From Steroidobacteraceae bacterium (GTDB lineage Bacteria > Pseudomonadota > Gammaproteobacteria > Steroidobacterales > Steroidobacteraceae), in the NCBI GenBank assembly GCA_050181835.1, contig JBFXCU010000007.1, forward strand, positions 24,888 through 88,887: DNA of 64,000 bases, read 5' to 3'. A program made the translations under genes and the position numbers. Below the pieces are notes generated by a model. That model had not been told where the DNA came from. It did no database searches and was given only the letters and a program-made list of their open reading frames with translations. Shown piece after piece: positions 9,644 through 19,077 of the stretch. Positions within the stretch are counted from its first letter, which is position 1. Each line of letters starts with the position of its first letter.

Positions 9644-10891
9644 ATGTTCTACCCCCTGCCTGCCTATATTGGCTTGCGCTATGTGCGTACTCGTCGTCGC
9701 GGCTTCTTTGTGTCGTTCATTAGCTGGGTGTCGATGCTGGGGGTGTGTCTGGGTGTGGCGGCGCTGATCGTAATTCTGTCGGTGATGAACGGCTTTGAAG
9801 CGGAGCTGCGTGGCCGTTTGTTGAATTTGTCGTCGCACGCCACCTTGTCGGGCAGTGCTGAGCAGATGGCCGATTGGTCGGCGTTGGCGGCCACCGCGCA
9901 GCAACAACCCGGTGTGGTGGGCGTTGCACCCTATGTGCAAATTCAAGGCATGGTGGGGCGTGGCGGAGTGTTAACGGCGGCTACTTTGCGTGGCATCCTG
10001 CCTGCGCAAGAAGCCAAGGTGGCCGACATCGCCACGCACCTGTTGCGTGGCCAAGTCACAACATTGATGCCCGGGGCGCAATCGGTGTTGTTGGGTTCCG
10101 GGTTGGCTTGGCAACTGCAGGCACAAATGGGAGATCAGATAACGGTGCTGATACCGGAAGTGGTGGCGGGCACCACAGAACTGCGTCCGCGCCTACAGAG
10201 TTTCACTATTACTGGCATCTTTGAATTTGGCGCACAGGAGCAGGACAACAGTCTCGCTTTGTTGCATCTTAGCGATGCAGCCGCCTTGGCGGGTAGGGCC
10301 GATGTGCCTAGCGGTTTGCGTTTCAAGTTTGCAGATATTTTTTCGGCACCCGCAGCCATTGCGCAGATCAATAGCGTGCTTGGTGGCCAGTTCATTGCCA
10401 GTGATTGGACCGTGGAGAACGCCAGCTACTTCAGGGCAGTAAAAATTGAAAAAACCATGATGGCGGTGATGCTGATGCTGATTGTGGCGATTGCTGCGTT
10501 CAACATCATTGCTGCGCTGGTGATGGTGGTTAATGAAAAACGTAACGACATTGCTATTCTGCGCACGTTGGGGTTGACACCCAAGCAGGTGATCGCGGTA
10601 TTCATCACACAGGGTTTGTTGATTGGTTGGGTAGGTATCTTGGCAGGGCTGCTGTTAGGGCTAAGCCTTGCCTTGAATGTCAGCAGCATCGTGCCGTGGA
10701 TAGAGCAAAGCTTCGGCATGCGTTTTTTTGACCCGACCGTTTACTACATCACGCAGATTCCATCAGAAGTGCAGAGTGGCCAGGTGGCGTGGGTGATGCT
10801 GCTCGCGGTGGTGCTGACAGCGGTGGCGACTATTTACCCCGCGCGACGTGCGGCGCGGATTGCTCCAGCAGAAGCCCTGCGCTATGAATAA
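9644..10891 (+). CDS. lolC: Lipoprotein-releasing ABC transporter permease LolC
   Basis: The 415-aa ORF has MacB/FtsX-type topology: an N-terminal TM, a periplasmic domain and a C-terminal FtsX-like domain ([15 protein letters not shown]; ALRYE end). It is the first gene of lolC-lolE-lolD. Confidence 0.9.
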   Translation: MFYPLPAYIGLRYVRTRRRGFFVSFISWVSMLGVCLGVAALIVILSVMNGFEAELRGRLLNLSSHATLSGSAEQMADWSALAATAQQQPGVVGVAPYVQIQGMVGRGGVLTAATLRGILPAQEAKVADIATHLLRGQVTTLMPGAQSVLLGSGLAWQLQAQMGDQITVLIPEVVAGTTELRPRLQSFTITGIFEFGAQEQDNSLALLHLSDAAALAGRADVPSGLRFKFADIFSAPAAIAQINSVLGGQFIASDWTVENASYFRAVKIEKTMMAVMLMLIVAIAAFNIIAALVMVVNEKRNDIAILRTLGLTPKQVIAVFITQGLLIGWVGILAGLLLGLSLALNVSSIVPWIEQSFGMRFFDPTVYYITQIPSEVQSGQVAWVMLLAVVLTAVATIYPARRAARIAPAEALRYE

Positions 10892-12164
10892 GCTGAAATC
10901 CCGTTTCGAATGGTTGATCGGTACGCGCTACTTGCTTTCAAGTGGGCGCTCGGGTGGCGGTAATCGCTTTGTCTCGGTGATTTCTGGAATTTCGCTTGCC
11001 GGTGTGGCGTTGGGTGTGGCGGTGTTGCTGGTAGTGCTGTCGGTGATGAACGGCTTCGAGCGTGAATTGCGCGAGCGCATTCTCAGTGTTACTGCCCATG
11101 CCACCATCAGTGGCTTTGGTGGGCCATTGTCGGAGTGGCAGAAAGTTCGTCAGCAAGTGCAGGATCAGCCCGGCGTGCTAGGCACAGCGCCCTATATTGA
11201 GCAGCAAGCATTATTGCTGACTACGAGTGCCGCCGGAGATGGCAATAGCGGTGTGGTGATGCGAGGAGTGCTGCCTGCCGAAGAGCAACAGGTGGCGAGC
11301 CTGAACCAACATATGCAGGCGGGCGCATTGAGTGATTTGCACGATGGCGGCTACGGCATCGTACTGGGAAATGAATTAGCCAAAGATTTGAAGGTATCAA
11401 TTGGCGATAAGGTGCTGGCCGTGACAGCGCAGGGCAGTGTGACCGTAGCGGGCGTGATTCCCCGCAGCAAACGCTTTACCGTCGTCGGCATCTTTAGCGT
11501 GGGCATGTATGAATATGATCGCAACTACGCCTATGTGCATTTGCAGGATGCAGCACGTCTGTACCGCATGAACGATACAGTGAGTGGGCTGCGTTTGAAA
11601 TTGGCTGATGTGTTGAACGCGCAGCGCAGCGCCATTCAGATCGCGCAACAACTAGGCGGTGGCTACTACGTGGATGACTGGACGCGCAAGCATGCGAATT
11701 TCTTTCGTTCGATTGCACTGACTAAGTCAATGATGTTCTTGATTCTGTTGTTAGTGGTGGCGGTGGCCGCGTTCAATGTCATTGCCACGTTGGTGATGGT
11801 GGTGAAAGACAAGCAGTCTGATATCGCCATCTTGCGCACACTCGGCGCGACACCACGTCATGTGCTGAGCATATTTATGCTGCAAGGTATGTTGATTGGC
11901 TTGATTGGTATTGTGGCTGGAGTAGTGCTGGGAACGCTGCTGTCATGGAATCTCGAAAGTCTGATTCACGGCTTGGAAAGCTTGCTGAATACCAAGTTCA
12001 TGGATGCCAAACTGTACTTTATGAGTGACCTGCCAGCAGCAGTGCAGTGGGGTGATGTGTGGCAGGTAGCTGGCGTGGCATTTTTAATGTGTACCTTGGC
12101 GACCATTTATCCTGCCTGGCGCGCAGCACGTACCGAACCGGCCAAGGCGCTGCGTCATGAATAA
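10884..12164 (+). CDS. lolE: Lipoprotein-releasing ABC transporter permease LolE
   Basis: This is a paralogue of the preceding permease ([15 protein letters not shown]; ALRHE end). I prefer the ATG at 10884 ([10 protein letters not shown]), which overlaps the lolC stop as ATGAATAA, over the track start at 10848. Confidence 0.9.
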   Translation: MNKLKSRFEWLIGTRYLLSSGRSGGGNRFVSVISGISLAGVALGVAVLLVVLSVMNGFERELRERILSVTAHATISGFGGPLSEWQKVRQQVQDQPGVLGTAPYIEQQALLLTTSAAGDGNSGVVMRGVLPAEEQQVASLNQHMQAGALSDLHDGGYGIVLGNELAKDLKVSIGDKVLAVTAQGSVTVAGVIPRSKRFTVVGIFSVGMYEYDRNYAYVHLQDAARLYRMNDTVSGLRLKLADVLNAQRSAIQIAQQLGGGYYVDDWTRKHANFFRSIALTKSMMFLILLLVVAVAAFNVIATLVMVVKDKQSDIAILRTLGATPRHVLSIFMLQGMLIGLIGIVAGVVLGTLLSWNLESLIHGLESLLNTKFMDAKLYFMSDLPAAVQWGDVWQVAGVAFLMCTLATIYPAWRAARTEPAKALRHE

Positions 12165-12892
12165 TGGTCATGAATGAAACTAATGGAACCACTGTGACTG
12201 AGACATTGACAGATAAGCAGCTCGTACTCGAATGTGAGCATCTTGGTAAGCGTTTTGACGATGCAGATACGCGGCTTGATGTGCTGACTGATGTGAATCT
12301 ACGCATTACCGCCGGTGAGCGTATTGCCATTGTCGGCGTCTCTGGTTCAGGTAAAACCACCTTGTTGCAATTGCTGGGTGGCTTGGACATACCCACCACA
12401 GGCGTGGTCAAAATCGCCGGTGAAGACGTGTCCACTTTGTCTGAAGCAGCGCGCGGGGCACTGCGTAATCGCGCGTTGGGATTCGTGTATCAATTTCATC
12501 ATCTGTTGCCGGAATTCAGTGCGCTGGAAAATGTGGCCATGCCGTTGTTAGTGCGACGCATGCCCGTCGAGCAAGCGCGACAGCAGGCCAAAGAGTTGCT
12601 GGAACGTGTTGGCTTGGGTGCGCGTCTGTCGCATCGGCCCGGACAATTGTCAGGTGGTGAGCGTCAACGGGCAGCCATCGCTCGCGCCTTGGTGACCAAA
12701 CCGATGGTGGTACTGGCTGACGAGCCGACTGGCAATCTGGATGGCGCTAATGCGCAGCAGGTTTTTGAATTGATGCTGGAATTGAATCGTGAGATGGGCA
12801 CGGCGTTGGTGATCGTGACTCACGCGCAAGAGTTGGCAGCGCGTATGCAGCGAGTATTAACGCTGCGTGAAGGCCAGTTGACAGCCAGCTAA
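12164..12892 (+). CDS. lolD: Lipoprotein-releasing ABC transporter ATP-binding protein LolD
   Basis: Walker A ([11 protein letters not shown]), ABC signature ([15 protein letters not shown]) and Walker B ([11 protein letters not shown]) are all present. The start overlaps the lolE stop (TAATG). Confidence 0.93.
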   Translation: MVMNETNGTTVTETLTDKQLVLECEHLGKRFDDADTRLDVLTDVNLRITAGERIAIVGVSGSGKTTLLQLLGGLDIPTTGVVKIAGEDVSTLSEAARGALRNRALGFVYQFHHLLPEFSALENVAMPLLVRRMPVEQARQQAKELLERVGLGARLSHRPGQLSGGERQRAAIARALVTKPMVVLADEPTGNLDGANAQQVFELMLELNREMGTALVIVTHAQELAARMQRVLTLREGQLTAS

Positions 12893-12895
12893 CGC

Positions 12896-13921
12896 ATGAC
12901 CATAAACCATTTGCAGCTGGTCATACCCGAGTTGCTGGCCCAATTGCGGCAATCACCGGATGGCGACGCCAAGCATGATGCATTGCCAGCACTACGTCAG
13001 TGTCTACAACAAGGCGAACGTAGCCGTCTGTGGCAATCGGACGATATATCGCATGCGCATCTGGAGTCGTGGCAGCAATCATTACTCGCTGCGTTGCCTT
13101 CTGAGCTGCGGGTGCATGCGTTACCCAGCGCGGCATTAACCTGGCGGGGCGAGGGCGGTGCGCAGCGTAAGGGCAGTTGTCTGCTGGCAGAGCCGGTGCA
13201 TTTGCAAGCCGGCATGGATGATCTGCGTTATTTGCAGTCGCCCCCGCTGACTGATGAAGAAGCAACGCAGTTGTTGCATAGCTTGCAACCATTGCTATCA
13301 CTGGCTGGCTTCGAACTGGCGCTCACAGCAGATCAGGCAAACGGTACCTGGTACTTATGGTGTGATCGTGATTTACAGCTCACCACTTTTTCGCTGCGTA
13401 GCCAGTGTGCGGCGCGCATCTATGACCTCATGCCACAAGGGGCAGATTCAGCCGGGTTGCGTCGCTTGATGACGGAAATTCAAATGTTGCTGCACGACCA
13501 TCCGGTGAATAAACATCGAGAGCGTCGTAGCCAGTTGACGGTGAATGCACTGTGGTTTGCTGGCGCAGGGGATTTGACGTTGGTGTCGCAGCCGTTACCA
13601 CAGCGAGTAATGAGTGATGCCGTTTATATGCGTGGTCTGTGCGAGCATTTGCACACGGACTGCTGGCCGATGCCATCCGATGTGCCCTCATTACTTAGTG
13701 TTGATACGTTACAGGTGCTAATGGTACTGCCCGCCATGTCATTGGCGGCAGTGGAGTCAGCTTGGTTGCAACCGCTGCTTGCGGCCTTGCAGGATGGCGA
13801 AATAAAGCAACTTGATCTGTATCTCGATCAGTGGTGTATTCGCATGCGGGGTGGGCGATGGCAGCAACTACGGCGGCGGTTTACAGGTGATCGCCATGAC
13901 ATTGCCGAGCTACTGATATGA
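12896..13921 (+). CDS. Conserved hypothetical protein, RpfE-type / phosphoglycerate-mutase-like (naming tentative)
   Basis: The 341-aa ORF lies between lolD and recJ, the position occupied by rpfE in Xanthomonas as I recall it. The motif ...VNALWFAGAG... resembles that family. No catalytic motif was recognised. Confidence 0.5.
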   Translation: MTINHLQLVIPELLAQLRQSPDGDAKHDALPALRQCLQQGERSRLWQSDDISHAHLESWQQSLLAALPSELRVHALPSAALTWRGEGGAQRKGSCLLAEPVHLQAGMDDLRYLQSPPLTDEEATQLLHSLQPLLSLAGFELALTADQANGTWYLWCDRDLQLTTFSLRSQCAARIYDLMPQGADSAGLRRLMTEIQMLLHDHPVNKHRERRSQLTVNALWFAGAGDLTLVSQPLPQRVMSDAVYMRGLCEHLHTDCWPMPSDVPSLLSVDTLQVLMVLPAMSLAAVESAWLQPLLAALQDGEIKQLDLYLDQWCIRMRGGRWQQLRRRFTGDRHDIAELLI

Positions 13922-15654
13922 GTAAGCGAACTATACGACGTCGTTTGCTGGCCGACCTCACGCCAGCTAGCTTGCACGCTTCACCGTTGTTGTCGCGCTT
14001 ATATGCCTTGCGCGGCGTAGCCAACACAACTGAGCTGGATCATTCACTGGAGCGCATGATTCCTGTTAGTGCATTGGGCGGCGTGGATGAAGCGGTTGCC
14101 TTGCTGCTGGCGCATTACGCTAAACAAAGCCACATTGTCATTATCGGCGACTTTGATACCGATGGTGCCACCAGCACGGCCTTGGTGGTGCGACAACTGC
14201 GCCGACTGGGCTTTCATCACGTTGAGTTTCTGGTGCCGAATCGCTTCACCTTTGGTTATGGCCTGACACCGGAGATCGTAGCGCTCGCTGCCCAAGGTAA
14301 CTCAGCGCAGCGCAAACCAGACCTACTCATCACCGTTGATAACGGTATTTCTAGCGTCGCTGGTGTGGCGGCGGCGAATGCATTGGATATCGAAGTGTTG
14401 GTTACCGATCACCACTTGGCAGGGAACGAACTGCCGCAAGCCACCGCCATTGTGAATCCCAATGCGCCCGGTAATGATTTTCCGAGTAAGGCATTGGCCG
14501 GTGTTGGGGTGGCGTTTTACTTGATGGCGGCGTTAACCCGCGCCATGACTCAGCAAGGGTTGGTGGTGGCGGACAAGACCTCAGTCGCGCAACTGCTTGA
14601 TCTGGTGGCGCTGGGAACGGTGGCCGACGTGGTGCCATTGGATGCTAACAACCGCATTCTGGTGGCGCAGGGCATGAAGCGCATTCGTGCGGGTCGCTGT
14701 GTTCCCGGTATTCGCGCCATGCTGGAAGCAGCCAACAAACGCATTGAAACCTGTGTCGCCGCTGATCTGGGGTTTCAAGTCGGGCCGCGCTTGAATGCAG
14801 CGGGAAGGCTGGATGATATGTCGCTGGGTATTCAATGCCTGCTCACCGATGACATGAACGCCGCGCGCGCCATCGCAGCACAATTGACGCAGATGAATCT
14901 GGATCGTCGCGATATTGAACAACAGATGCAGGCCGAAGCCATGACCATTCTGGAACAGATGCAACTGGATACTGATGCATTGCCCTTGGGTCTATGCCTG
15001 TATGAAGCATCTTGGCATCAGGGTGTGGTGGGGCTGGTAGCGTCACGAGTGAAAGACCGTGTGCATCGACCCGTGATCGCCATGGCAATGTCTGATGAGA
15101 CGACGTTAAAAGGCTCAGGCCGTTCCATCCCCGGCGTGCATATTCGTGATGTACTAGATGCAGTTGCGGCGCATCACCCCGGACTGATTGATAAATTTGG
15201 CGGCCATGCGATGGCGGCGGGGCTGTCCATCGGTGCCGATAAACTTGAAGTTTTTCGTGCTGCCTTTAACGAAGAAGTAAATCGCTGGATGACCCACGAC
15301 GATGCCATTGGTGTCGTGCTCAGTGATGGCGAGCTGGCCGCCAACGAATTTAGCCTCGACACCGCCAAACAACTGCGTGAGTCTGGCCCTTGGGGGCAGA
15401 ACTTCCCTGAACCACTGTTTGATGGTCAGTTTCGTGTTGTCGATGCACGCATCTTGGGTGAACGGCATCTGAAATTGAAAGTCGCTATTGGCAACGACAC
15501 CGTTGAAGCCATTGCCTTCCGACATTTTGATGATGATGACGCACCACAAGTTCACAGCGGCGATACAGTTCACCTAGCTTATCGGCTGGATGTGAACGAG
15601 TTTCGCGGTGATGAGCGGTTGCAGTTGATAGTGGAGAATCTCGAACGGGTATAG
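13918..15654 (+). CDS. recJ: Single-stranded-DNA-specific exonuclease RecJ
   Basis: The 578-aa ORF carries DHH motifs (IIGDFDTDGATS; VTDHH; GGHAMAAG = DHHA1). Its start overlaps the previous stop (ATGA). Confidence 0.95.
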   Translation: MSKRTIRRRLLADLTPASLHASPLLSRLYALRGVANTTELDHSLERMIPVSALGGVDEAVALLLAHYAKQSHIVIIGDFDTDGATSTALVVRQLRRLGFHHVEFLVPNRFTFGYGLTPEIVALAAQGNSAQRKPDLLITVDNGISSVAGVAAANALDIEVLVTDHHLAGNELPQATAIVNPNAPGNDFPSKALAGVGVAFYLMAALTRAMTQQGLVVADKTSVAQLLDLVALGTVADVVPLDANNRILVAQGMKRIRAGRCVPGIRAMLEAANKRIETCVAADLGFQVGPRLNAAGRLDDMSLGIQCLLTDDMNAARAIAAQLTQMNLDRRDIEQQMQAEAMTILEQMQLDTDALPLGLCLYEASWHQGVVGLVASRVKDRVHRPVIAMAMSDETTLKGSGRSIPGVHIRDVLDAVAAHHPGLIDKFGGHAMAAGLSIGADKLEVFRAAFNEEVNRWMTHDDAIGVVLSDGELAANEFSLDTAKQLRESGPWGQNFPEPLFDGQFRVVDARILGERHLKLKVAIGNDTVEAIAFRHFDDDDAPQVHSGDTVHLAYRLDVNEFRGDERLQLIVENLERV

Positions 15655-15729
15655 CCGGATGCTATCCGTTTAACTCGTGCGCCCATCTGCTATCCTTGCG
15701 CCCCTGAAATTTTGACCGAGTTTTGCCCG

Positions 15730-16825
15730 ATGGAAGTCAACCTGATTCGCCGCAGCATTGAAGACCTGACCGAACGCAGCACTGTGTTACGGGGGTTTCT
15801 TTGAATACGATAACAAGGCTGAGCGCCTGACCGAGGTTACGCGCGAACTGGAAGATCCCAAAATCTGGGATACGCCTGCCAGAGCGCAGGAACTAGGTCG
15901 CGAGCGCGTCGCGCTGGAACAAACCGTCAATATGCTGGATCGCATCAAGTCGAGTCTGAAAGATGCGACTGACCTGCTCGATATGGCGGTCGAAGAAAAT
16001 GACGTGGATACGGCTGCGGAAGTGGAACGTGATGTCGCCGTGATCGAAAAAGATCTGAAGAATCTGGAATTCCGGCGCATGTTCCCCGGCCAGATGGATT
16101 CGCACAACGCCTATCTGGATATTCAGGCTGGCGCCGGTGGTACCGAAGCGCAGGACTGGGCCAATATGCTGATGCGCATGTATATGCGTTGGGGCGACGC
16201 CCGGGGCTTCAAGACCGAAATCACCGACGCCAATGGTGGTGAAGTGGCCGGCATCAAGAGTTGTAGTATCAGCTTTGAAGGCGACTATGCTTATGGCTGG
16301 TTGCGTACCGAAATTGGTGTGCATCGCTTGGTGCGTAAGTCACCATTCGATTCCAACGCACGCCGCCACACCTCATTTGCCTCGGTGTTCGTCTCGCCGG
16401 AAATTGATGACGATATTGATATCGTGGTGAACCCTGCTGATCTGAGAACCGACGTGTATCGATCCAGCGGTGCGGGTGGTCAGCACGTCAACAAGACCGA
16501 GTCGGCGGTACGTATCACACACATTCCCAGCGGCATTGTCGCCGCCTGTCAGGCGGAACGCAGTCAGCACAAGAATCGCGATAAAGCGATGAAGATGCTC
16601 AAGGCCAAGTTGTACGAGCTGGAAGTGAACAAGCGTAACGCCGCTTCCCAGGTGCTGGAAGATTCCAAGTCGGATGTAAGCTGGGGTAATCAGATTCGCT
16701 CCTACGTGCTGGATCAATCACGCATCAAGGATCTACGTACTGGTGTGGAAGTGGGTAATACCACTGCCGTGCTGGATGGCGATCTGGATCAATTCATGGA
16801 AGCAAGTTTGAAGCAGGGGCTTTGA
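15730..16825 (+). CDS. prfB: Peptide chain release factor 2, expressed through a programmed +1 frameshift at codon 25
   Basis: Frame 0 reads [24 protein letters not shown] and then TGA at 15802. Frame +1 from 15803 continues [23 protein letters not shown]...MLDRIKSSL into the 297-aa track ORF. That ORF contains the SPF (VFVSPEI) and GGQ ([17 protein letters not shown]) motifs. Confidence 0.95.
15790..15805 (+). promoter_or_regulatory. prfB autoregulatory +1 frameshift site
   Basis: The sequence is CGG GGG TTT CTT TGA A. An internal SD-like GGGGG lies 3 nt before the slippery CTT-TGA, the same architecture as E. coli AGG GGG TAT CTT TGA C. Confidence 0.85.
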
Positions 16826-16838
16826 AGATTTTATTAAG

Positions 16839-16866
16839 GCTGTGGGCTGTGGACTGTGGACTGTGG
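16839..16866. repeat. Tandem heptamer repeat (RCTGTGG x4) in the prfB-lysS spacer
   Basis: Read directly from the sequence: GCTGTGG GCTGTGG ACTGTGG ACTGTGG. Confidence 0.85.
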
Positions 16867-16885
16867 TTGGAAAATCAGATTCTGA

Positions 16886-16910
16886 CCTACGGCTTACGGC
16901 CTATGGCCTT
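16886..16910. repeat. Second tandem heptamer repeat (CYTAYGG, about 3.5 copies) in the prfB-lysS spacer
   Basis: Read directly from the sequence: CCTACGG CTTACGG CCTATGG CCTT. Confidence 0.8.
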
Positions 16911-16939
16911 CAGCCCAATTGCATTAATTGGGTATAGAC

Positions 16940-18442
16940 ATGACTGACACACCGCAAGATCAACCTATCGACGAAAATCACCTGATCGCCGAACGTCGCG
17001 CCAAGCTGGCCAAGTTGCGCGAAGCGGGGCAGGCGTTTCCGAATGATTTTCGGCGTGATGCGTTGGCCGACGATTTGTTTATGCTGTATGGCGAGCATGA
17101 CACTGAATGGTTTGAGAACAATGCTATTCCCGTCAAAGTTAGTGGCCGCATGCTGGCCAAGCGTGTCATGGGCAAAGCCAGCTTTGCCAAGATTCAGGAT
17201 CACAGCGGCCAATTGCAGTTATTCCTGCAACAAACCGCACTTGGTGAAACTTACGATGCCTTCAAAGGCTGGGATGTGGGCGACATTCTTGCCGCCGAAG
17301 GGACGCTGTTCAAAACCAAGACTGGTGAACTGTCGGTCAAAGTGACTACCTTGCGATTGTTGGTGAAGTCACTGCGACCTTTACCAGATAAGTGGCATGG
17401 CCTGTCAGATCATGAAACCCGCTATCGCCAACGCTATGTGGATCTGGTGATCAATGCCGACAGCCGCAAGGTATTCACCACGCGCACGCAAATCATCAAA
17501 TATCTACGTAGTTTTCTCGATGCCATGAGCTTCATGGAAGTGGAAACACCGATGATGCAGGTGATTCCCGGTGGCGCTACGGCCAAGCCTTTTATGACGC
17601 ATCACAATGCGCTGGATATGCAGATGTATATGCGCATCTCGCCTGAGCTGTACCTGAAACGCTTGGTCGTCGGCGGCTTTGAGCGCGTGTATGAAATCAA
17701 TCGCAGCTTCCGTAACGAGGGCTTGTCAACGCGCCATAATCCTGAGTTCACCATGGTGGAGCTGTATCAGACTTACGCTGACTACCGCGATCTGATGGAG
17801 TTGGTTGAGCGTCTACTGCAAGGGTTGTGCGACATGGTGTTGGGTACACGCAGTATTGAATGGGAAGGTCAGCAGCTTGATATTGCTCAACCATTCCGGC
17901 GCGTGACTGTTGAAGAAGTGATCGTTGAACACAACGATGGCATGGATCGCAGTAAGTTACGTGATCTGGCTTATTTACGTACTTGGTGCGATCAGCTCAA
18001 GATTCGTTACAAGGAGAGCGATGGTGTGGGCAAGCTGCAAATAGAGATATTTGAAAAGACCGGTGAACATCAGCTAACGCAACCCACCTTCGTGTATCAC
18101 TATCCGGCAGAAGTATCGCCACTGGCGCGCCGCAACGATGACGATTCCTTCCTGACTGATCGCTTTGAGTTTTTTGTCTGTGGCCGCGAACTGGCCAATG
18201 GCTTCTCTGAGTTGAACGATGCCGAAGATCAGGCCGAGCGTTTCCACGAACAGGTATCACGCAAGTCAGACGGCGATGATGAAGCCATGTTCTACGATGC
18301 TGATTACATTCGTGCGCTCGAATACGGCATGCCACCTACGGCAGGGTTAGGCATCGGTATTGATCGGCTAGTGATGTTGCTCACCAACTCCAGCTCGATT
18401 CGCGATGTGGTGCTGTTCCCGCATATGCGGCCAGAGAGTTAA
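16940..18442 (+). CDS. lysS: Lysyl-tRNA synthetase, class II
   Basis: The roughly 500-aa ORF has an OB-fold N-domain and class II motifs (YRQRYVDL; FMEVETPMM; [30 protein letters not shown]; [11 protein letters not shown]). The ATG at 16940 is preferred; the track start at 16928 is a TTG. Confidence 0.95.
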   Translation: MTDTPQDQPIDENHLIAERRAKLAKLREAGQAFPNDFRRDALADDLFMLYGEHDTEWFENNAIPVKVSGRMLAKRVMGKASFAKIQDHSGQLQLFLQQTALGETYDAFKGWDVGDILAAEGTLFKTKTGELSVKVTTLRLLVKSLRPLPDKWHGLSDHETRYRQRYVDLVINADSRKVFTTRTQIIKYLRSFLDAMSFMEVETPMMQVIPGGATAKPFMTHHNALDMQMYMRISPELYLKRLVVGGFERVYEINRSFRNEGLSTRHNPEFTMVELYQTYADYRDLMELVERLLQGLCDMVLGTRSIEWEGQQLDIAQPFRRVTVEEVIVEHNDGMDRSKLRDLAYLRTWCDQLKIRYKESDGVGKLQIEIFEKTGEHQLTQPTFVYHYPAEVSPLARRNDDDSFLTDRFEFFVCGRELANGFSELNDAEDQAERFHEQVSRKSDGDDEAMFYDADYIRALEYGMPPTAGLGIGIDRLVMLLTNSSSIRDVVLFPHMRPES

Positions 18443-18469
18443 GCGAAGACGTATTTTGTAGCTTGCTTT

Positions 18470-18531
18470 GTAGGCTGGGTGCCTCACCCAGCATTAATGC
18501 GACAAGATGCTGGGTGAGGCACTCAGCCTAC
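18470..18531. repeat. REP-like extragenic palindrome, probably the lysS terminator or an mRNA-stabilising hairpin
   Basis: The 25-nt arms GTAGGCTGGGTGCCTCACCCAGCAT / ATGCTGGGTGAGGCACTCAGCCTAC have one mismatch and a 12-nt loop. The element lies 28 nt after the lysS stop and has no U-tract. Confidence 0.7.
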
Positions 18532-18545
18532 GGGTCTATTGCAGA

Positions 18546-18866
18546 CTATTTCCGGTCACGGCGGTTATCGCGGTCGTCTCTGTCTTTATTTCCTCGACCG
18601 TTCCGGACTTTGAACTTGGTCTCTTTAGGGTAGCGATTTCTGGGGAGATTCGCCCAAGGACCGGATCTTGAGGTTGCGTAGCGCCAGCGGTTGTTGTTGT
18701 AGTAGTAGTAATAGCCGCTTTGATAGAAATATGGTTCCGCGTCCAATTCCACTATCAGCGGAAGTGGGGGTGCCATAACCCTTACCGAACCACGGCTCGG
18801 GGGTGCCACCAAGCACGCACTCAGCAGCAATGCCATGAGGGGTGCAACAATTAGCATTTTGTACAT
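18546..18866 (-). CDS. Small lipoprotein with an aromatic-rich core and a basic/acidic tail (unknown family)
   Basis: The start at 18866 (MYKMLIVAPLMALLLSAC, lipobox LLSAC) is preceded by AGGAGA. The core is YFYQSGYYYYYNNNRWRYATSRSGPWANLP and the tail is KDRDDRDNRRDRK. The N-terminal 36 codons of the track ORF have no support. Confidence 0.6.
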   Translation of the reverse strand: MYKMLIVAPLMALLLSACLVAPPSRGSVRVMAPPLPLIVELDAEPYFYQSGYYYYYNNNRWRYATSRSGPWANLPRNRYPKETKFKVRNGRGNKDRDDRDNRRDRK

Positions 18867-19056
18867 GGCGATTCTCCTGCAGTAGGCGGTGTAGGTAGAT
18901 ATAACTCTACACCTGTGTCGATGCACTTGGATACTGAATGCGCTTTCTCGGGGTGTCTGTACGATATCGAACATAACAACTGATCCTGATCAAACGGCGT
19001 GGCTGGACGCAATTTGATTGCCGACCTCGGTTGTCGTTGCCCATTGCGCTCGTCAT

Positions 19057-19077
19057 TCCTTACTCCTTACTCCTTAC
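19057..19077. repeat. Tandem heptamer TCCTTAC x3 straddling the stop codon of the 19067-19956 gene
   Basis: Read directly from the sequence: TCCTTAC TCCTTAC TCCTTAC (minus strand GTAAGGA x3). The TAA stop at 19067-19069 lies inside the second unit. Confidence 0.85.

Noticed and set aside
16839-16910. Whether the short tandem repeats here and at 19057-19077 could be a degenerate CRISPR array.
   Set aside because: The units are 7 nt, directly abutting with no spacers. No cas genes or 24-48-nt repeats occur anywhere in the window.
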